Position numbers and translations under genes: made by a program. Source: an uncultured Gemmatimonadales bacterium (GTDB lineage Bacteria; Gemmatimonadota; Gemmatimonadetes; Gemmatimonadales; GWC2-71-9). From it: DNA of 64,000 nucleotides. The notes below the pieces were generated by a model. The model saw only the letters and a list, made by a program, of their open reading frames with translations, was not told the origin of the DNA and searched no databases. The stretch spans positions 1,376,001 through 1,440,000 of the forward strand of contig CAVYSW010000003.1 in the NCBI GenBank assembly GCA_963771275.1, in the 5' to 3' direction. Shown piece by piece: positions 28,012 through 39,201 of the stretch (position 1 is the stretch's first letter; each line of letters opens with the position of its first letter).

Positions 28012-29121
28012 GTGCGAATCCCAACCCCCGTGCCGGTTTTCCTGGCGGCGGCCCTGGCCGCCGCCTGCGCATCCCATCCCGCGCCGCGTTCGGCCCGCGT
28101 GGCCGTGACCGTGGCCACGGTCGAGCGGCGCGCGATGCCCGTCGAGATCGCGGCCACCGGCACCGTCGAGCCGATCAACTCGGTGGACGTCACCTCCCAG
28201 GTCACCGGCATGCTGCGGCGCGTCCGCTTTGCCGAGGGGGCCGAGGTCGCGGCGGGGCAGGTCCTGTTCGAGATCGATCCGCGCCCCTTCCAGGCGGCGG
28301 TCCAGGCGGCCGAAGCCAACCTGGCGCGCGACGTGGCGCAGGCGGAGAACGCCGCCATTGACGCCGACCGCTACCGGACGCTGGTCAAGGACGCCTCCGT
28401 CACGCAATCGGACTACCAGCAGAGGCAGGCCGCGGCGGACGGGCTGGCGGCCGCCGTGCGCGCCGACTCGGCGGCGCTCACGGCCGCGCGACTCAACCTC
28501 GAGTACGCCACCATCACGGCGCCGATCTCCGGCCGCACCGGCAGCCTGCTGGTGCACGAGGGGAACCAGGTGCGGAGCAGCGGGTCGACGCCGCTGGTCA
28601 CGATCTACCAGCTGCGGCCGATCCTGGTGCGGTTCGCCATCCCGGCGATCCAGCTGCCCGACCTCCAGCGACGGATCGGCCGCGCGCTCCGGGTGCTGGC
28701 GCGCCCGGCGCACGCCGCGACCCCGATCGCGGGCGAGCTGTCGTTCGTCGACAATCACGTGGACTCGACCACCGGCACGGTGCTGCTCAAGGCGCGCTAC
28801 GCCAACGCGGACCGCACGCTGTGGCCCGGCGAGTTCGTGGACGTGACGCTGGTGCTCGACGTTCAGCCCGACGCCGTCGTGGTGCCGGCCCAGGCGGTGC
28901 TCGCCGGCCAGCAGGGGACGTACGCCTTCATCGTGCACCCGGACAGCACGGTGGAGCAGCGTCCCGTCACCGTCGACCGGACGATCGACACGCTGTCCGT
29001 GATCAAGGACGGTCTGGCGCCGGGCATGGTGGTCGTGACGGACGGCCAGCTGCGGCTGGTGCCGAACGCCCGCGTCGAGATCCGGGCGGGCCCCAGGGCC
29101 GACAGCGCGGTGGCACGGTGA
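28012..29121 (+). CDS. RND efflux periplasmic adaptor (MdtA-like lipoprotein)
   Basis: LAAAC lipobox, [29 protein letters not shown]. Confidence 0.92.
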   Translation: MRIPTPVPVFLAAALAAACASHPAPRSARVAVTVATVERRAMPVEIAATGTVEPINSVDVTSQVTGMLRRVRFAEGAEVAAGQVLFEIDPRPFQAAVQAAEANLARDVAQAENAAIDADRYRTLVKDASVTQSDYQQRQAAADGLAAAVRADSAALTAARLNLEYATITAPISGRTGSLLVHEGNQVRSSGSTPLVTIYQLRPILVRFAIPAIQLPDLQRRIGRALRVLARPAHAATPIAGELSFVDNHVDSTTGTVLLKARYANADRTLWPGEFVDVTLVLDVQPDAVVVPAQAVLAGQQGTYAFIVHPDSTVEQRPVTVDRTIDTLSVIKDGLAPGMVVVTDGQLRLVPNARVEIRAGPRADSAVAR

Positions 29122-32100
29122 GCATCTCCGACCTGTTCATCCGGCGGCCGGTCGCCACGACGCTCGTGATGACCGGGATCCTGCTGTTCGGCCTGATGGG
29201 GTACCGCCTGCTGCCGGTGAGCGACCTGCCCAACATCGACTACCCGACGATCACGGTATCGGCGGGGTTGCCGGGCGCGAGTCCGGAGACCATGGCGTCC
29301 GCCGTGGCGACACCGCTCGAGAAGCAGTTCTCGACCATCGCGGGGCTCGACGCGATGACCTCGTCCAGCTCGCTGGGCGGAACGTCGATCACGCTGCAGT
29401 TCGACCTCTCGCGCGACATCGACGCCGCCGCGCAGGACGTCCAGGCCGCGATCTCGAAGGTGCTGCGCCAGCTGCCATCCGGGATGCTGCCGCCGTCCTA
29501 TCAGAAGGTGAACCCCGCCGATTCGCCGATTCTCTATCTCGCGCTCACGTCGCCCACGCTGCCGCTCTCGGTGCTCGACGAGTACGCCGAGACGTTCATC
29601 GCGCAGCGCCTCTCCACGGTGTCGGGCGTGGCGCAGGTCAGCGTGTTCGGCGCGCAGAAGTACGCGGTGCGGATCCAGCTCGATCCGCGGGCCCTGGCGG
29701 ATCGCGGCATCGGCCTGGACCAGGTGACGAACGCCGTCGCGGCGGGCAACCCCAACCTGCCGACGGGGACGCTGTGGGGGCCACAGCGCGCCTACACGGT
29801 GCGCGCGGACGGCCAGATCGAGAGCGCCCCGGAGTTCCGGTCGATCGTGATCGCCTATCGCAACGGCAACCCGGTGCGGCTCGAGGACGTGGCGCGGGTG
29901 CTGGACGACGTGCAGGACAACCGGACGGCGAGCTGGTTCGACGGCACGCGATCCATGGTGCTCGCCATCCAGCGCCAGCCGGGCACCAACACCGTGGCGG
30001 TGGCCGACGCCGTGAAGCGGGCGCTCGCCGATCTCGCGCCGCAGCTCCCGGCGTCGGTGCAGGTGACCACGCTGTACGACCGCTCGATCTCGATCCGCGA
30101 CTCGGTGCACGACGTGAAGGTGACCCTCACGATCACCCTGTGCCTCGTGGTGATGGTGATCTTCCTGTTCCTGCGCAACCTGTCGGCGACGGTGATCCCC
30201 AGTCTCGCGCTGCCGCTCTCGATCATCGGGACGTTCGCGGCGATGTACCTGCTCGGCTTCAGCATGGACAACCTGTCACTGATGGCGCTGACGCTGTGCG
30301 TGGGCTTCGTGGTGGACGACGCCATCGTGATGCTGGAGAACATCGTCCGGCACCTGGAGATGGGGAAGCCGGCGCTCAGGGCGGCGCTCGACGGGGCGCG
30401 CGAGATCGGGTTCACCATCGTCTCGATGACGCTGTCGCTGGTGGCGGTGTTCATCCCGGTTCTGCTGATGGGCGGCCTCGTCGGCCGGCTGTTCCGCGAG
30501 TTTGCCGTGACGATCGCAATCGCGATCCTGGTTTCGGGGTTCGTGTCCCTCACGCTCACGCCGATGCTGTGCAGCCGGTTCCTCCGCCCGTCGCGCGACG
30601 CGCGGCACGGCCGCTTCTACGAGGCGACCGAGCGGATCTACCGCGGCGTGCTGGGCGCGTACGAGCGGAGCCTCGCCTGGGTGATGGACCGGCGGCCCGC
30701 GGCGCTGGCCTTTTCGGGCGCCATCCTCGCCGGCACGGTGGGGTTGTTCGTCTTGGTGCCGAAGGGGTTCATCCCCACGGAGGACACGGGCTCGATCTCC
30801 GGGAACACCGAGACCGTCGAAGGCACCTCGTTCGAGGCCATGCGCGATCACCAGCTCGCCGTGGCGGACGTGCTGCGCCACGATCCCAACATCGAGCACT
30901 TCATGGCGTCGGTGGGCGGCGGCACGATGAACCAGGGCCGCGTGATCATCCACCTGAAGCCGCTCGGGCGCCGGCTCCCCGCCGAGCAGGTGATCCGCGA
31001 GCTCACGCCGAAGCTCGCCGCGGTGCCGGGGATCCGGACCTACCTCCAGGTCCCGCCGGTCATCCGGATCGGTGGCCGGCCGACCAAGACGCAGTACCAG
31101 TTCACGCTGCAGAGCGCCGACATCGCGACGCTGTACGCCGGCGCGGCCCAGCTCGAGAGCCGGCTGCGCGTGCTGCCGCAGCTCCAGGACGTGACCAGCG
31201 ACCTCCAGATCAAGAACCCCGAGGCGGCGATCCACATCGACCGCGACCGCGCGGCCGCGCTCGGTGTGACGGTGCAGCAGATCGAGCAGGCGCTGTACAA
31301 CGCGTACGGCTCCCGTCAGATCTCCACCATCTACACGCCGAACAACCAGTACTGGGTCATCATGGAGCTGCTGCCGGAGTACCAGCGCGACCCGTCGGCG
31401 CTGGGCCTGCTGCGCATCAGCTCGGACAAGGGGGCGCTGGTGCCGCTCGCGGCGGTGGCGACGGTGACCCCGAGCCTGGGGCCGCTCACGGTGAACCACA
31501 GCGGCCAGCTGCCGTCGGTTACGCTGTCGTTCAACCTGCCGCCCAACGCGTCGCTCGGCGCGGCGGTGAGCGAGGTCGAGCGCGCGGCGCGCCAGACCCT
31601 GCCGTCCACGATCTCCACCGGCTTCGCCGGCACGGCGCAGGCGTTCCAGGCGAGCCAGCAGGGCCTGCTGTTCCTGCTGGGCCTCGCCGTGCTGGTGATC
31701 TACCTGGTGCTGGGGGTCCTGTACGAGAGCTTCGTCCACCCGCTCACCATTCTCTCGGGGCTGCCGTTCGCGGGCTTCGGGGCGCTGCTCACGCTGCTGA
31801 TCTTCCGCACCGAGCTGAGCGTGTACGCGTTCGTCGGGATCATCATGCTGGTGGGGCTGGTCAAGAAGAACGCCATCATGATGATCGACTTCGCGCTGGC
31901 CGCCGAGCGCGAGGAGGGGAAGTCGCCGCGCGACGCCATCCTCCAGGCGGCCAGCGTGCGGTTCCGGCCGATCATGATGACCACGATGTCGGCGTTGATG
32001 GGGACGCTGCCGATCGCGGTGGGCTGGGGGTCGGGCGCCGAGTCGCGCCGGCCCCTCGGCCTCGCGGTGGTGGGCGGGCTCGCCTTCTCCCAGATGGTGA

Positions 32101-32225
32101 CGCTGTACGTGACGCCGGTGTTCTACACCTATCTGGACGCGTTGCAGAAACGGCTGGCCCGCGTGCGGGTGCCCGGACGGGTGCCCGCCACGGCCGCCGT
32201 CCCCGCCGCGCCGGTCAGAACTTGA
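29118..32225 (+). CDS. RND efflux permease (MdtB/MdtC-like)
   Basis: GTG start at 29118 ([15 protein letters not shown]), [29 protein letters not shown]. Confidence 0.95.
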   Translation: MSISDLFIRRPVATTLVMTGILLFGLMGYRLLPVSDLPNIDYPTITVSAGLPGASPETMASAVATPLEKQFSTIAGLDAMTSSSSLGGTSITLQFDLSRDIDAAAQDVQAAISKVLRQLPSGMLPPSYQKVNPADSPILYLALTSPTLPLSVLDEYAETFIAQRLSTVSGVAQVSVFGAQKYAVRIQLDPRALADRGIGLDQVTNAVAAGNPNLPTGTLWGPQRAYTVRADGQIESAPEFRSIVIAYRNGNPVRLEDVARVLDDVQDNRTASWFDGTRSMVLAIQRQPGTNTVAVADAVKRALADLAPQLPASVQVTTLYDRSISIRDSVHDVKVTLTITLCLVVMVIFLFLRNLSATVIPSLALPLSIIGTFAAMYLLGFSMDNLSLMALTLCVGFVVDDAIVMLENIVRHLEMGKPALRAALDGAREIGFTIVSMTLSLVAVFIPVLLMGGLVGRLFREFAVTIAIAILVSGFVSLTLTPMLCSRFLRPSRDARHGRFYEATERIYRGVLGAYERSLAWVMDRRPAALAFSGAILAGTVGLFVLVPKGFIPTEDTGSISGNTETVEGTSFEAMRDHQLAVADVLRHDPNIEHFMASVGGGTMNQGRVIIHLKPLGRRLPAEQVIRELTPKLAAVPGIRTYLQVPPVIRIGGRPTKTQYQFTLQSADIATLYAGAAQLESRLRVLPQLQDVTSDLQIKNPEAAIHIDRDRAAALGVTVQQIEQALYNAYGSRQISTIYTPNNQYWVIMELLPEYQRDPSALGLLRISSDKGALVPLAAVATVTPSLGPLTVNHSGQLPSVTLSFNLPPNASLGAAVSEVERAARQTLPSTISTGFAGTAQAFQASQQGLLFLLGLAVLVIYLVLGVLYESFVHPLTILSGLPFAGFGALLTLLIFRTELSVYAFVGIIMLVGLVKKNAIMMIDFALAAEREEGKSPRDAILQAASVRFRPIMMTTMSALMGTLPIAVGWGSGAESRRPLGLAVVGGLAFSQMVTLYVTPVFYTYLDALQKRLARVRVPGRVPATAAVPAAPVRT

Positions 32226-32589
32226 CCGCGAGGCGGATCCCGAGCTCGACCCGGACCTGTTCCGGCGCGCCTTCCAGCACGATGCGATCCTGCACCTGCC
32301 GCACGATCATCCGGGCTGGCGGGCCCTGCCCCCTGCCCCGGCCGCGGTTTCCGGCACGATAGTAGATGATCTGATAGCCTTCCTTGGGCTCGACGCGGAC
32401 GACCTCGTAGCCCTGCTTGACCAGGATTTCCTTGGCCGTCGAGACGGTCAGCTGCACGGTGACCTTGGGCTTCTCCGTGTCCGGCTTCCGGCCCTCATGC
32501 CCTCTTCCCTGCGCCAGCGCCGGTGTGCCGCTCAGGCCAACCATCAGCAGCACGAGGCCAACGCCTGCGTAACGCGAATTCCGGCCCAT
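32215..32589 (-). CDS. Small secreted hypothetical protein
   Basis: 124 aa with signal peptide (ALA-Q), GGAG RBS. Confidence 0.7.
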   Translation of the reverse strand: MGRNSRYAGVGLVLLMVGLSGTPALAQGRGHEGRKPDTEKPKVTVQLTVSTAKEILVKQGYEVVRVEPKEGYQIIYYRAGNRGRGRGQGPPARMIVRQVQDRIVLEGAPEQVRVELGIRLAVKF

Positions 32590-32702
32590 GTCTCCGCCAG
32601 GTGATCAGGTTCTCACACAATGACGCACCGGGCCGCCGCCGGATGTGACGGAGCGCACTCCGGGCCGAAGGCTCACCGGGACGGGACGGCTCGGACCGCG
32701 AC

Positions 32703-33017
32703 CTAGCTCCGCGGCCCTGCGGGCCCAATCCGCTCGAGGGCGGCGCGGACGCGCAGGATGGCACCGTCGATCTGGCGCAAACCGGCATCGTCCATGATCC
32801 GGGCGTCCGCTACCTGCGCGAGCAGCTCGAGCGCCATCTGCAGCTGCTGGCCCGGGCTGGCGCCGCCGGCGCGCCGGTCTCCACCGCTGCGCCGTTGGGA
32901 GCCACGCCGGTGGTCGACGCGGAGCGCGAGCGCCACCACGCGGCGCTCGGCACCGCTGCGGCGCTCGCCCTGACGCTGGTCAGGGATCGCGGGATCGGTC
33001 GGATAGGACGAGGTCAT
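32703..33017 (-). CDS. Hypothetical protein with ERR-type repeats
   Basis: DQRQGERRSGAERR...DHRRGSQRRSGGDRR then helical C-terminus; fills an otherwise empty gap. Confidence 0.5.
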   Translation of the reverse strand: MTSSYPTDPAIPDQRQGERRSGAERRVVALALRVDHRRGSQRRSGGDRRAGGASPGQQLQMALELLAQVADARIMDDAGLRQIDGAILRVRAALERIGPAGPRS

Positions 33018-33187
33018 GCTCGCTAGGATTTGCACCGGCGGGCACGGCGGCGCAAGGGCTCGCGCCGTGAGTCCGTCACCCGATTCAGAGGCTCTCTGCG
33101 GCTGAGCCCTGGTGCGGGCGCGGGCCGGTCGACGATCTTCCATCACGCAGGAAGCTCGTAGCGGACAGCGACAACCGATCGACGAGG

Positions 33188-35443
33188 ATGGACATGCACA
33201 CCCGAACGATGCTGCGCGCCCTGTGCGTTCTCGGGGGCGCCTTGATGGCAGGCACCGCGGCCGCGGCCCAACAGCCCGGCGAAGCGATGCTCAAGCGGAT
33301 CTTCGCGTCCAACGACTTTGCGGGCGAGCGGTTCGGGCCGGCGCGCTGGCTGGACGGCGGGTCGTATCTCGTGACCGAGCGCTCGCAGCAGCCCCGCGGA
33401 TCGGATCTGGTCAAGATCGACGCGGCGACGGGGGCGCGCACGGTTCTGGTGAGCGCGCGGCAGCTGGTGCCGTCCGGCGACAGCGCGGCGCTCGCGGTCG
33501 AGAGCTTCGCGTTCTCCGGCGATCTCTCGAAGCTCCTGATCTTCACCAACTCGCGGCGCGTGTGGCGCCAGAACACCCGCGGCGACTACTGGGTGCTGGA
33601 CCGCACCGCGGGCACGCTCAAGAAACTGGGTGGCCCCGACGCGCCGGCGTCGTCGCTCATGTTCGCCAAGCTGTCGCCCACCGCGGACCGGGCGGCCTAC
33701 GTCCGCCAGGGGAACCTCTACGTCGAGCGGCTCGCCGACGGGGCGATCACGCGGCTCACGAGCGACGGCAACGACTCGCTGGTGAACGGCACGAGCGACT
33801 GGGTCTACGAGGAGGAGCTGGACCTGCGGGACGCGTTCCGCTGGTCGCCGGACGGAACCCGGATCGCCTTCTGGCGGTTCGACATGTCGGGCGTCCCGAC
33901 GTTCACCCTGCTCAACGACACCGACTCGCTCTACCCGTTCACGATCACGTTCAAGTACCCCAAGGTGGGGACGACCAACTCGGCGGTGCGCGCCGGGGTG
34001 GTGAGCGCGGCGGGCGGCGCGATCGCGTGGCTCGATCTCCCCGGCGACTCCCGGAACGACTATTTGCCGCGCATGGAGTGGACCGGCTCGTCCGAGCTGG
34101 CGCTCCAGCGCATGAACCGGCGGCAGAACGTGGATCACGTGCTGCTGGCCGACGCGGCGACCGGCGCCACGCATGAGATCTTCACTGAGACGGACAGCGC
34201 GTGGCTCGACGTGGTGGACGACTGGGAATGGCTCGACCAGGGCCGCCGAGTGCTGTGGGTGAGCGAGCGGGACGGCTGGCGGCACCTCTACACGGTCTCG
34301 CGCGACGGCAAGGACGTGAAGCTGCTCACCCCGGGCGACTACGACGTCGTGAGCGTGCTCAAGGTGGACGCCAAGGGCGGCTGGATCTACTTGAGCGCCT
34401 CGCCCGGCGACGCGGGGCAGCGCTACCTCTACCGCGTGCCGCTCGCGGGCGGCCGCGCCGCGCGGCTCACCCCGGCGGATCAGCCCGGCACCCACTCGTA
34501 CTCGATCTCACCGGACGCGCGGTTCGCGATCCACAGCTACTCGGCGTTCGACCTGCCGTCACAGACGGAGCTGGTCCGCCTGCCGTCGCACCAGGTGGTG
34601 CGCGTGCTGGCGTCGCGCGAGAAGCTGCAGCAGGCCGCGGCGCCGCTGGTGCACCGGCCGACCGAGTTCTTCAGGGTGCGGGTGCCGGACGGGACGGCGC
34701 TCGACGGCTGGATGATCCTGCCGGCCGACTTCGATCCCGCGAAGCGGTACCCGATGCTGATGTACGTCTACACCGAGCCCGCGAGCCAGACGGTGCGCGA
34801 CGCGTGGTTCGGGTCGCAGGGACTGTGGTACCGCGCGCTCGCGGACATGGGCTACGTCGTGGCGAGCGTGGACAACCGCGGCACGCCGGCGCCGCGCGGC
34901 CGCGCGTGGCGCAAGGCCGTGTACGGGCAGATCGGCGTGCTGAGCAGCCAGGATCAGGCCGACGCCGTGCGGCAGCTCACCCGCACCCGACCGTATCTGG
35001 ACTCGACCCGTGTCGCCGTGTGGGGTTGGAGCGGCGGGGGGACCGCGACCTTGCAGGCGATGTTCCGCTACCCCGACGTGTACCAGGTGGGGATGGCGGT
35101 TGCCTCGGTGCCGGACGAGACGCTGTACGACACGATTTACCAGGAGCGCTACATGGGGCTCCTGCCCGCGGACTCGCTCAACTACCAGCGCGCATCAGCG
35201 ATCAGCCAGGCGGAAGGGCTCGCGGGGAAACTGTTGATCGTGCACGGTACGGGCGACGACAACGTGCACTGGCAGGGGGCCGAGCGGCTGGTGAACCGGC
35301 TGGTGCAGCTGGGGAAGCGGTTCGACTACATGACATATCCCAATCGTAGCCACTGCATCTGCGAGGGGCCCGGGACGACGCTCCACGTGTATTCGCTGCT
35401 CACACGGTACCTGGTCGAAAACCTGCCGGCGGGAGGGCGATGA
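33188..35443 (+). CDS. S9B dipeptidyl peptidase IV family protein
   Basis: Signal peptide, DWVYEEE, GWSGGG nucleophile, HGTGDDNVH, YPNRSH. Confidence 0.95.
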   Translation: MDMHTRTMLRALCVLGGALMAGTAAAAQQPGEAMLKRIFASNDFAGERFGPARWLDGGSYLVTERSQQPRGSDLVKIDAATGARTVLVSARQLVPSGDSAALAVESFAFSGDLSKLLIFTNSRRVWRQNTRGDYWVLDRTAGTLKKLGGPDAPASSLMFAKLSPTADRAAYVRQGNLYVERLADGAITRLTSDGNDSLVNGTSDWVYEEELDLRDAFRWSPDGTRIAFWRFDMSGVPTFTLLNDTDSLYPFTITFKYPKVGTTNSAVRAGVVSAAGGAIAWLDLPGDSRNDYLPRMEWTGSSELALQRMNRRQNVDHVLLADAATGATHEIFTETDSAWLDVVDDWEWLDQGRRVLWVSERDGWRHLYTVSRDGKDVKLLTPGDYDVVSVLKVDAKGGWIYLSASPGDAGQRYLYRVPLAGGRAARLTPADQPGTHSYSISPDARFAIHSYSAFDLPSQTELVRLPSHQVVRVLASREKLQQAAAPLVHRPTEFFRVRVPDGTALDGWMILPADFDPAKRYPMLMYVYTEPASQTVRDAWFGSQGLWYRALADMGYVVASVDNRGTPAPRGRAWRKAVYGQIGVLSSQDQADAVRQLTRTRPYLDSTRVAVWGWSGGGTATLQAMFRYPDVYQVGMAVASVPDETLYDTIYQERYMGLLPADSLNYQRASAISQAEGLAGKLLIVHGTGDDNVHWQGAERLVNRLVQLGKRFDYMTYPNRSHCICEGPGTTLHVYSLLTRYLVENLPAGGR

Positions 35444-35489
35444 GAGCAGAGGAGAGGGGCAGTAGAGAAGGGAGGAGCGGGAAAAGCTC

Positions 35490-35512
35490 GGGGGGCGCGC
35501 GGTGCGCCCCCC
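35490..35512. terminator. Stem-loop between convergent genes
   Basis: GGGGGGCGC-gcggt-GCGCCCCCC; short T-run follows on the minus strand. Confidence 0.6.
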
Positions 35513-35530
35513 TCGGTGTTTCGTGTTCCG

Positions 35531-36862
35531 TCACGCGGTGATCCGCCGAGCGGAGCCGAGCGCCGCGTCGTGCACCCGCTCCTCCTGCCGGCGCCCCAGG
35601 CGCACGCTCACCGCCGCCCAGAGCGCGGCGAGCGGCGCGGCGGTGAGCGCGATCGCGCCGATCGACAGGCCGACCGCCGCGAGCCCCGCGTAGATCCACC
35701 CGCTCACGAGGTCCCCGCCGCGGTAGATCGCGGCATCGAGGAACGGCTTCGACTTGTACTTCTCCTCGCGGCTCACGACCGTGAACAGCACTTCCCGCGC
35801 GGGCTTCGCCAGGCCGTACCGCACCCCGCGATAGGCGACCTGCAGCACGATCAGCACGGCGAGCACGGGCGCAGAGCCCAGCCATACAAAGCCAAGGCCC
35901 GCGACCACCGGCAGCACGGCCAGGCTCATGCCCACGCCGAGCCAACGCATCAGCCGCGCCGCGAGGATCGTCTGAATCACGATGGTGAGCACGTTCGACC
36001 AGAGATCGATCCGGGCGAACAGCGCCGTCCGGGCCGCGCGATCCGCCACGGCCGCGCCGATCACATCCGCCTGGAGGTAGTAGAGCACGGCGGATGCGTA
36101 GGTCATCAGCACGATGAACGACGCGATGGCCAGCAGGTACGGCGAGCGGAACACGACGCCAATCCCGCTCCACGCGCTGCCGCCGAGCGGGCGGTTTTCG
36201 GCCCGGGAGGTGTCCTGCCCACCGCCGAACCGCCGGTGGAGCACGGCCACGCACCATGACGCGGCCTCGAGCGGCACGCAGGCGGCCAGCAGCAAGGTGA
36301 ACGGCGGCAGGGCCTGCACGAGGTGCGACGTGACCCACGAGCCCGCGATCCCGCCAAGCGAGCTGCCGACGGCGATGAAGCCGAACAGCCGTTTCCCCTG
36401 CTCGTTCTTGAACAGGTCGGCCATGAACCCCCAGAACACCGTGACGACGAACAAAGCGAACACGCTGGCCCAGACGTAGAACACGCGGTCGATCCACGCG
36501 CGGGCGCCGGCGGGGAGCAGCGCGAGGGCCAGGTAGAACGCCACGAGGTTCGCGATGAAGAACCGGTTCGCCAGCGGGACGAGCACGCCCCGTCGCAGGC
36601 GGGACGCCGCCCACGAGTAGGCAGGCACGGCGACGAGCATCGCGAGGAACACAGCCGTCCAGAGAATCTGGAGGTTACCGCGGTCGGCCGCGCTGATCTC
36701 GTCGCGCACGGCGCGCAGGATGTAGTAGGAGAACAGGATGCAGAAGCCGTACGCCGAGGCCCACAGCAGCGGCGCCACCTCGTCGTCCCGGGCGGTGGAG
36801 AGCCGCGTGACGAGGAACCGGAAGATGGCGACGGCGCGCCGCTCGATTCTGGACCAGGGCAT
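35531..36862 (-). CDS. MFS transporter, NTP/NDP exchange (TLC/AAA-like) family
   Basis: ~12 TM; YYILRAVRD, FWGFMADLF, KPAREVLFTVV...KYKSKPFLDAAIYRGGD. Confidence 0.85.
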   Translation of the reverse strand: MPWSRIERRAVAIFRFLVTRLSTARDDEVAPLLWASAYGFCILFSYYILRAVRDEISAADRGNLQILWTAVFLAMLVAVPAYSWAASRLRRGVLVPLANRFFIANLVAFYLALALLPAGARAWIDRVFYVWASVFALFVVTVFWGFMADLFKNEQGKRLFGFIAVGSSLGGIAGSWVTSHLVQALPPFTLLLAACVPLEAASWCVAVLHRRFGGGQDTSRAENRPLGGSAWSGIGVVFRSPYLLAIASFIVLMTYASAVLYYLQADVIGAAVADRAARTALFARIDLWSNVLTIVIQTILAARLMRWLGVGMSLAVLPVVAGLGFVWLGSAPVLAVLIVLQVAYRGVRYGLAKPAREVLFTVVSREEKYKSKPFLDAAIYRGGDLVSGWIYAGLAAVGLSIGAIALTAAPLAALWAAVSVRLGRRQEERVHDAALGSARRITA

Positions 36863-37011
36863 GCTGGAGCCTCCCGATGGATCTCCAAACCTACGAGCGA
36901 AACGCCCGGCGCGTTGGATTCCGGGCGGCCCCGGTTCAAGGCACGCGCTGCGCCGCGCGTACCTCAGGCGCTATCTTCCACTCCATCCCCTGAGCCTGAG
37001 GATCTCCCACG

Positions 37012-38736
37012 ATGCTACGCCCGCGTCTCCTGCCCTGCATCATGCTGCTCGCCATGGCCGTGCTGCCCACCCGGGTCGCCGCGCAGCGGGCCGCGCCGCT
37101 CCCGCTCAAGCACCGGCCCCAGCCCACCACGGCCGGCATCACGGCCGCCGACCTCATGACCCGCCTCTACATCTTTGCCGACGACTCGATGATGGGGCGC
37201 GAGACCGGCACGGCGGGGCACGTGAAGTCCACGGACTACGTCGCGAGCGAGCTCAAGCGGCTCGGCCTCGAGCCCGCGGGGGACGACGGCGGCTACATCC
37301 AGAACGTGCCGATGATCCGGCGCGCGTTCGACCCGGCGTCGCTCATCACGGTGGAGGGCGGCACGCTGCACGGCGGCACCGACTTCCTCGCGACGTCGCG
37401 CGGCACGATCGGCTCGATCGACCGTGCCCAGGTGGTGTTCGGCGGGGCGGTGTTTGACACCACCAACCTGCTGACGCCCGGGCAGGTGACCGGCAAGATC
37501 GTCGTGGTGCGCGCGCCGGCTGGCGGTCAACGGGGCGGGTTTGGCGGTCGCCGGGGAGCCGGCGGCGCGCTGCGCGCGTACTTCGAGTCGCTGAACGGCG
37601 CAGTCGCCATCGCGACGATCGCCGACGAGCTGAGCGCGCAGCAAGTGCAGTCCGCCATGCGTCCGCGGGACGGCGACGTATTCATGAAGCCGAACGACAC
37701 GGCCGGACCGGCGCCGCTCAATCTCACGATCACGCCGCAGGCGGCGGCGCTGCTGCTGGGCGTGGCCCCCGATGCGGCCACCAAGGGGCAGGCCGGCAAG
37801 ACGGTGCGGGCCACGCTCATCTTCCACGATCAGGCCGCGCCGGCCCGGAACGTGGTCGCGATCGTCCGCGGGAGCGACACTACGCTGCGCAACGAGTACG
37901 TCGCGATCGGCGCGCACAACGACCACACGGGAATGCTGCAGGGGCGGCCGATCGATCACGACTCGCTGCACCTGTACAACGCCGCGCGGTTCGCGATCGT
38001 CGGGCTGGTCTCGCGCGGCGAGCAGCCGACTGCGGAGCAGCAGGCCGAAGTCGCCGCGATCCACATCGACCTGGACGGCGTCCACAAGGCGCAGCCGGCG
38101 CGGGCCGACTCGATCCGGAACGGCGCCGACGACGACGGCTCGGGCTCGGTGGCGATGCTCGAGCTGGCCGAGGCGTTCGCCAAAGCCCAGGTGAAGCCCA
38201 AGCGCTCGATCCTCTTCGTCTGGCACACCGGCGAGGAGAAGGGGCTGCTCGGCTCCCGCTGGTTCGCCGATCACCCGACCGTGCCGCGCGACGCGATCGT
38301 GGCGCAGCTCAACATGGACATGGTGGGCCGCGGCGCGGCCCGGGACCTCCCGGGGGGAAGCCCGGACTACCTCCAGCTCGTCGGCTCACGCCGGCTGTCC
38401 ACCGAGCTGGGTGACCTCGTGGAAACGGTGAACCGCGCCGAGGCGCGGCCACTCACGTTCGACTACCAGTTCGACGCGCCGGGCCACCCGGAGAACATCT
38501 ACTGCCGGAGCGACCACTACAGCTACGCGCGCTACGGCATCCCGATCGTGTTCTTCACCACGGGACTGCACGGCGATTATCACCAGGTGACCGACGAGCC
38601 GGAGTACATCGACTACCCGCACATGGCGCGGATCAGCAAGCTGGTGTACGACGTGGCGCGCAAGGTCGCGGACCTGGACCACCGCCCGGTCGTGGACAAG
38701 GAGAAGCCGGACCCCAATGCGCCGTGCCGGCAGTAG
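37012..38736 (+). CDS. M28 family metallopeptidase
   Basis: Signal peptide; GAHNDH, NGADDDGSG, GEEKGLLGS, NMDMVGR, RSDHY, DYHQVTD. Confidence 0.93.
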   Translation: MLRPRLLPCIMLLAMAVLPTRVAAQRAAPLPLKHRPQPTTAGITAADLMTRLYIFADDSMMGRETGTAGHVKSTDYVASELKRLGLEPAGDDGGYIQNVPMIRRAFDPASLITVEGGTLHGGTDFLATSRGTIGSIDRAQVVFGGAVFDTTNLLTPGQVTGKIVVVRAPAGGQRGGFGGRRGAGGALRAYFESLNGAVAIATIADELSAQQVQSAMRPRDGDVFMKPNDTAGPAPLNLTITPQAAALLLGVAPDAATKGQAGKTVRATLIFHDQAAPARNVVAIVRGSDTTLRNEYVAIGAHNDHTGMLQGRPIDHDSLHLYNAARFAIVGLVSRGEQPTAEQQAEVAAIHIDLDGVHKAQPARADSIRNGADDDGSGSVAMLELAEAFAKAQVKPKRSILFVWHTGEEKGLLGSRWFADHPTVPRDAIVAQLNMDMVGRGAARDLPGGSPDYLQLVGSRRLSTELGDLVETVNRAEARPLTFDYQFDAPGHPENIYCRSDHYSYARYGIPIVFFTTGLHGDYHQVTDEPEYIDYPHMARISKLVYDVARKVADLDHRPVVDKEKPDPNAPCRQ

Positions 38737-38779
38737 CCACGGGCAGAGGGGGAGGCAGAGGGGGCGAGGGGCGGCGGAG

Positions 38780-38841
38780 TAGGAGGCGGCTGGAAGCCGC
38801 TACTCGGCGCGGCCTGTCGCGCGAGGGCGACCGGGACCGCG
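38780..38841. repeat. Structured intergenic element, copy A
   Basis: TAGGAG-GCGGC-tggaa-GCCGC-TACTCGGCGCG...GTCGC-loop-GCGAC-CGGG; homologous to 46476-46533. Confidence 0.65.
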
Positions 38842-39105
38842 GCCGAAGCGCTCGGCGGCCCGCGCGCGGCGCTTGGCGGCTTCCAGGGCGCGGTCGCGCG
38901 GCGGAGCGGTCGTCTCCAGGGCGGCGAGCAGCCGGTGCACGACGAGCGACATGTCCTCCACCGCGCGGTCGAACGGCTTCCGATTGGCGATGGACGGCTT
39001 GGCGAAGCCGGTCACCTTGCGCACGAATTGCAGCGACGCCGCCTGGATCTCGTCTTCAGTGACAGGCGGGTCGAAATTGAACAGCGTGCGAATGTTGCGG
39101 CACAT
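38800..39105 (-). CDS. DUF2277 family protein
   Basis: MCRNIRTLFNFDPPVTEDEIQAASLQFVRKVTG signature. Confidence 0.88.
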   Translation of the reverse strand: MCRNIRTLFNFDPPVTEDEIQAASLQFVRKVTGFAKPSIANRKPFDRAVEDMSLVVHRLLAALETTAPPRDRALEAAKRRARAAERFGRGPGRPRATGRAE

Positions 39106-39201
39106 GGGCGGCTCGGTGGCTGGGGGGATGGGCTCGGTCTCGGGAAGATGCGCTGCCCCGCGTAAGCAGGCAAACCAGGTCACCGCATCAAGGAGCGTCC
39201 C

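Noticed and set aside
27139..28938. 599-aa minus-strand ORF suggesting a fusion to hemL
   Set aside because: The N-terminal part is the antisense shadow of the RND adaptor; only 27879 downward is hemL.
35441..35486. Purine-rich simple repeats here and at 38741-38775
   Set aside because: Low-complexity intergenic filler; no spacer structure, not CRISPR.
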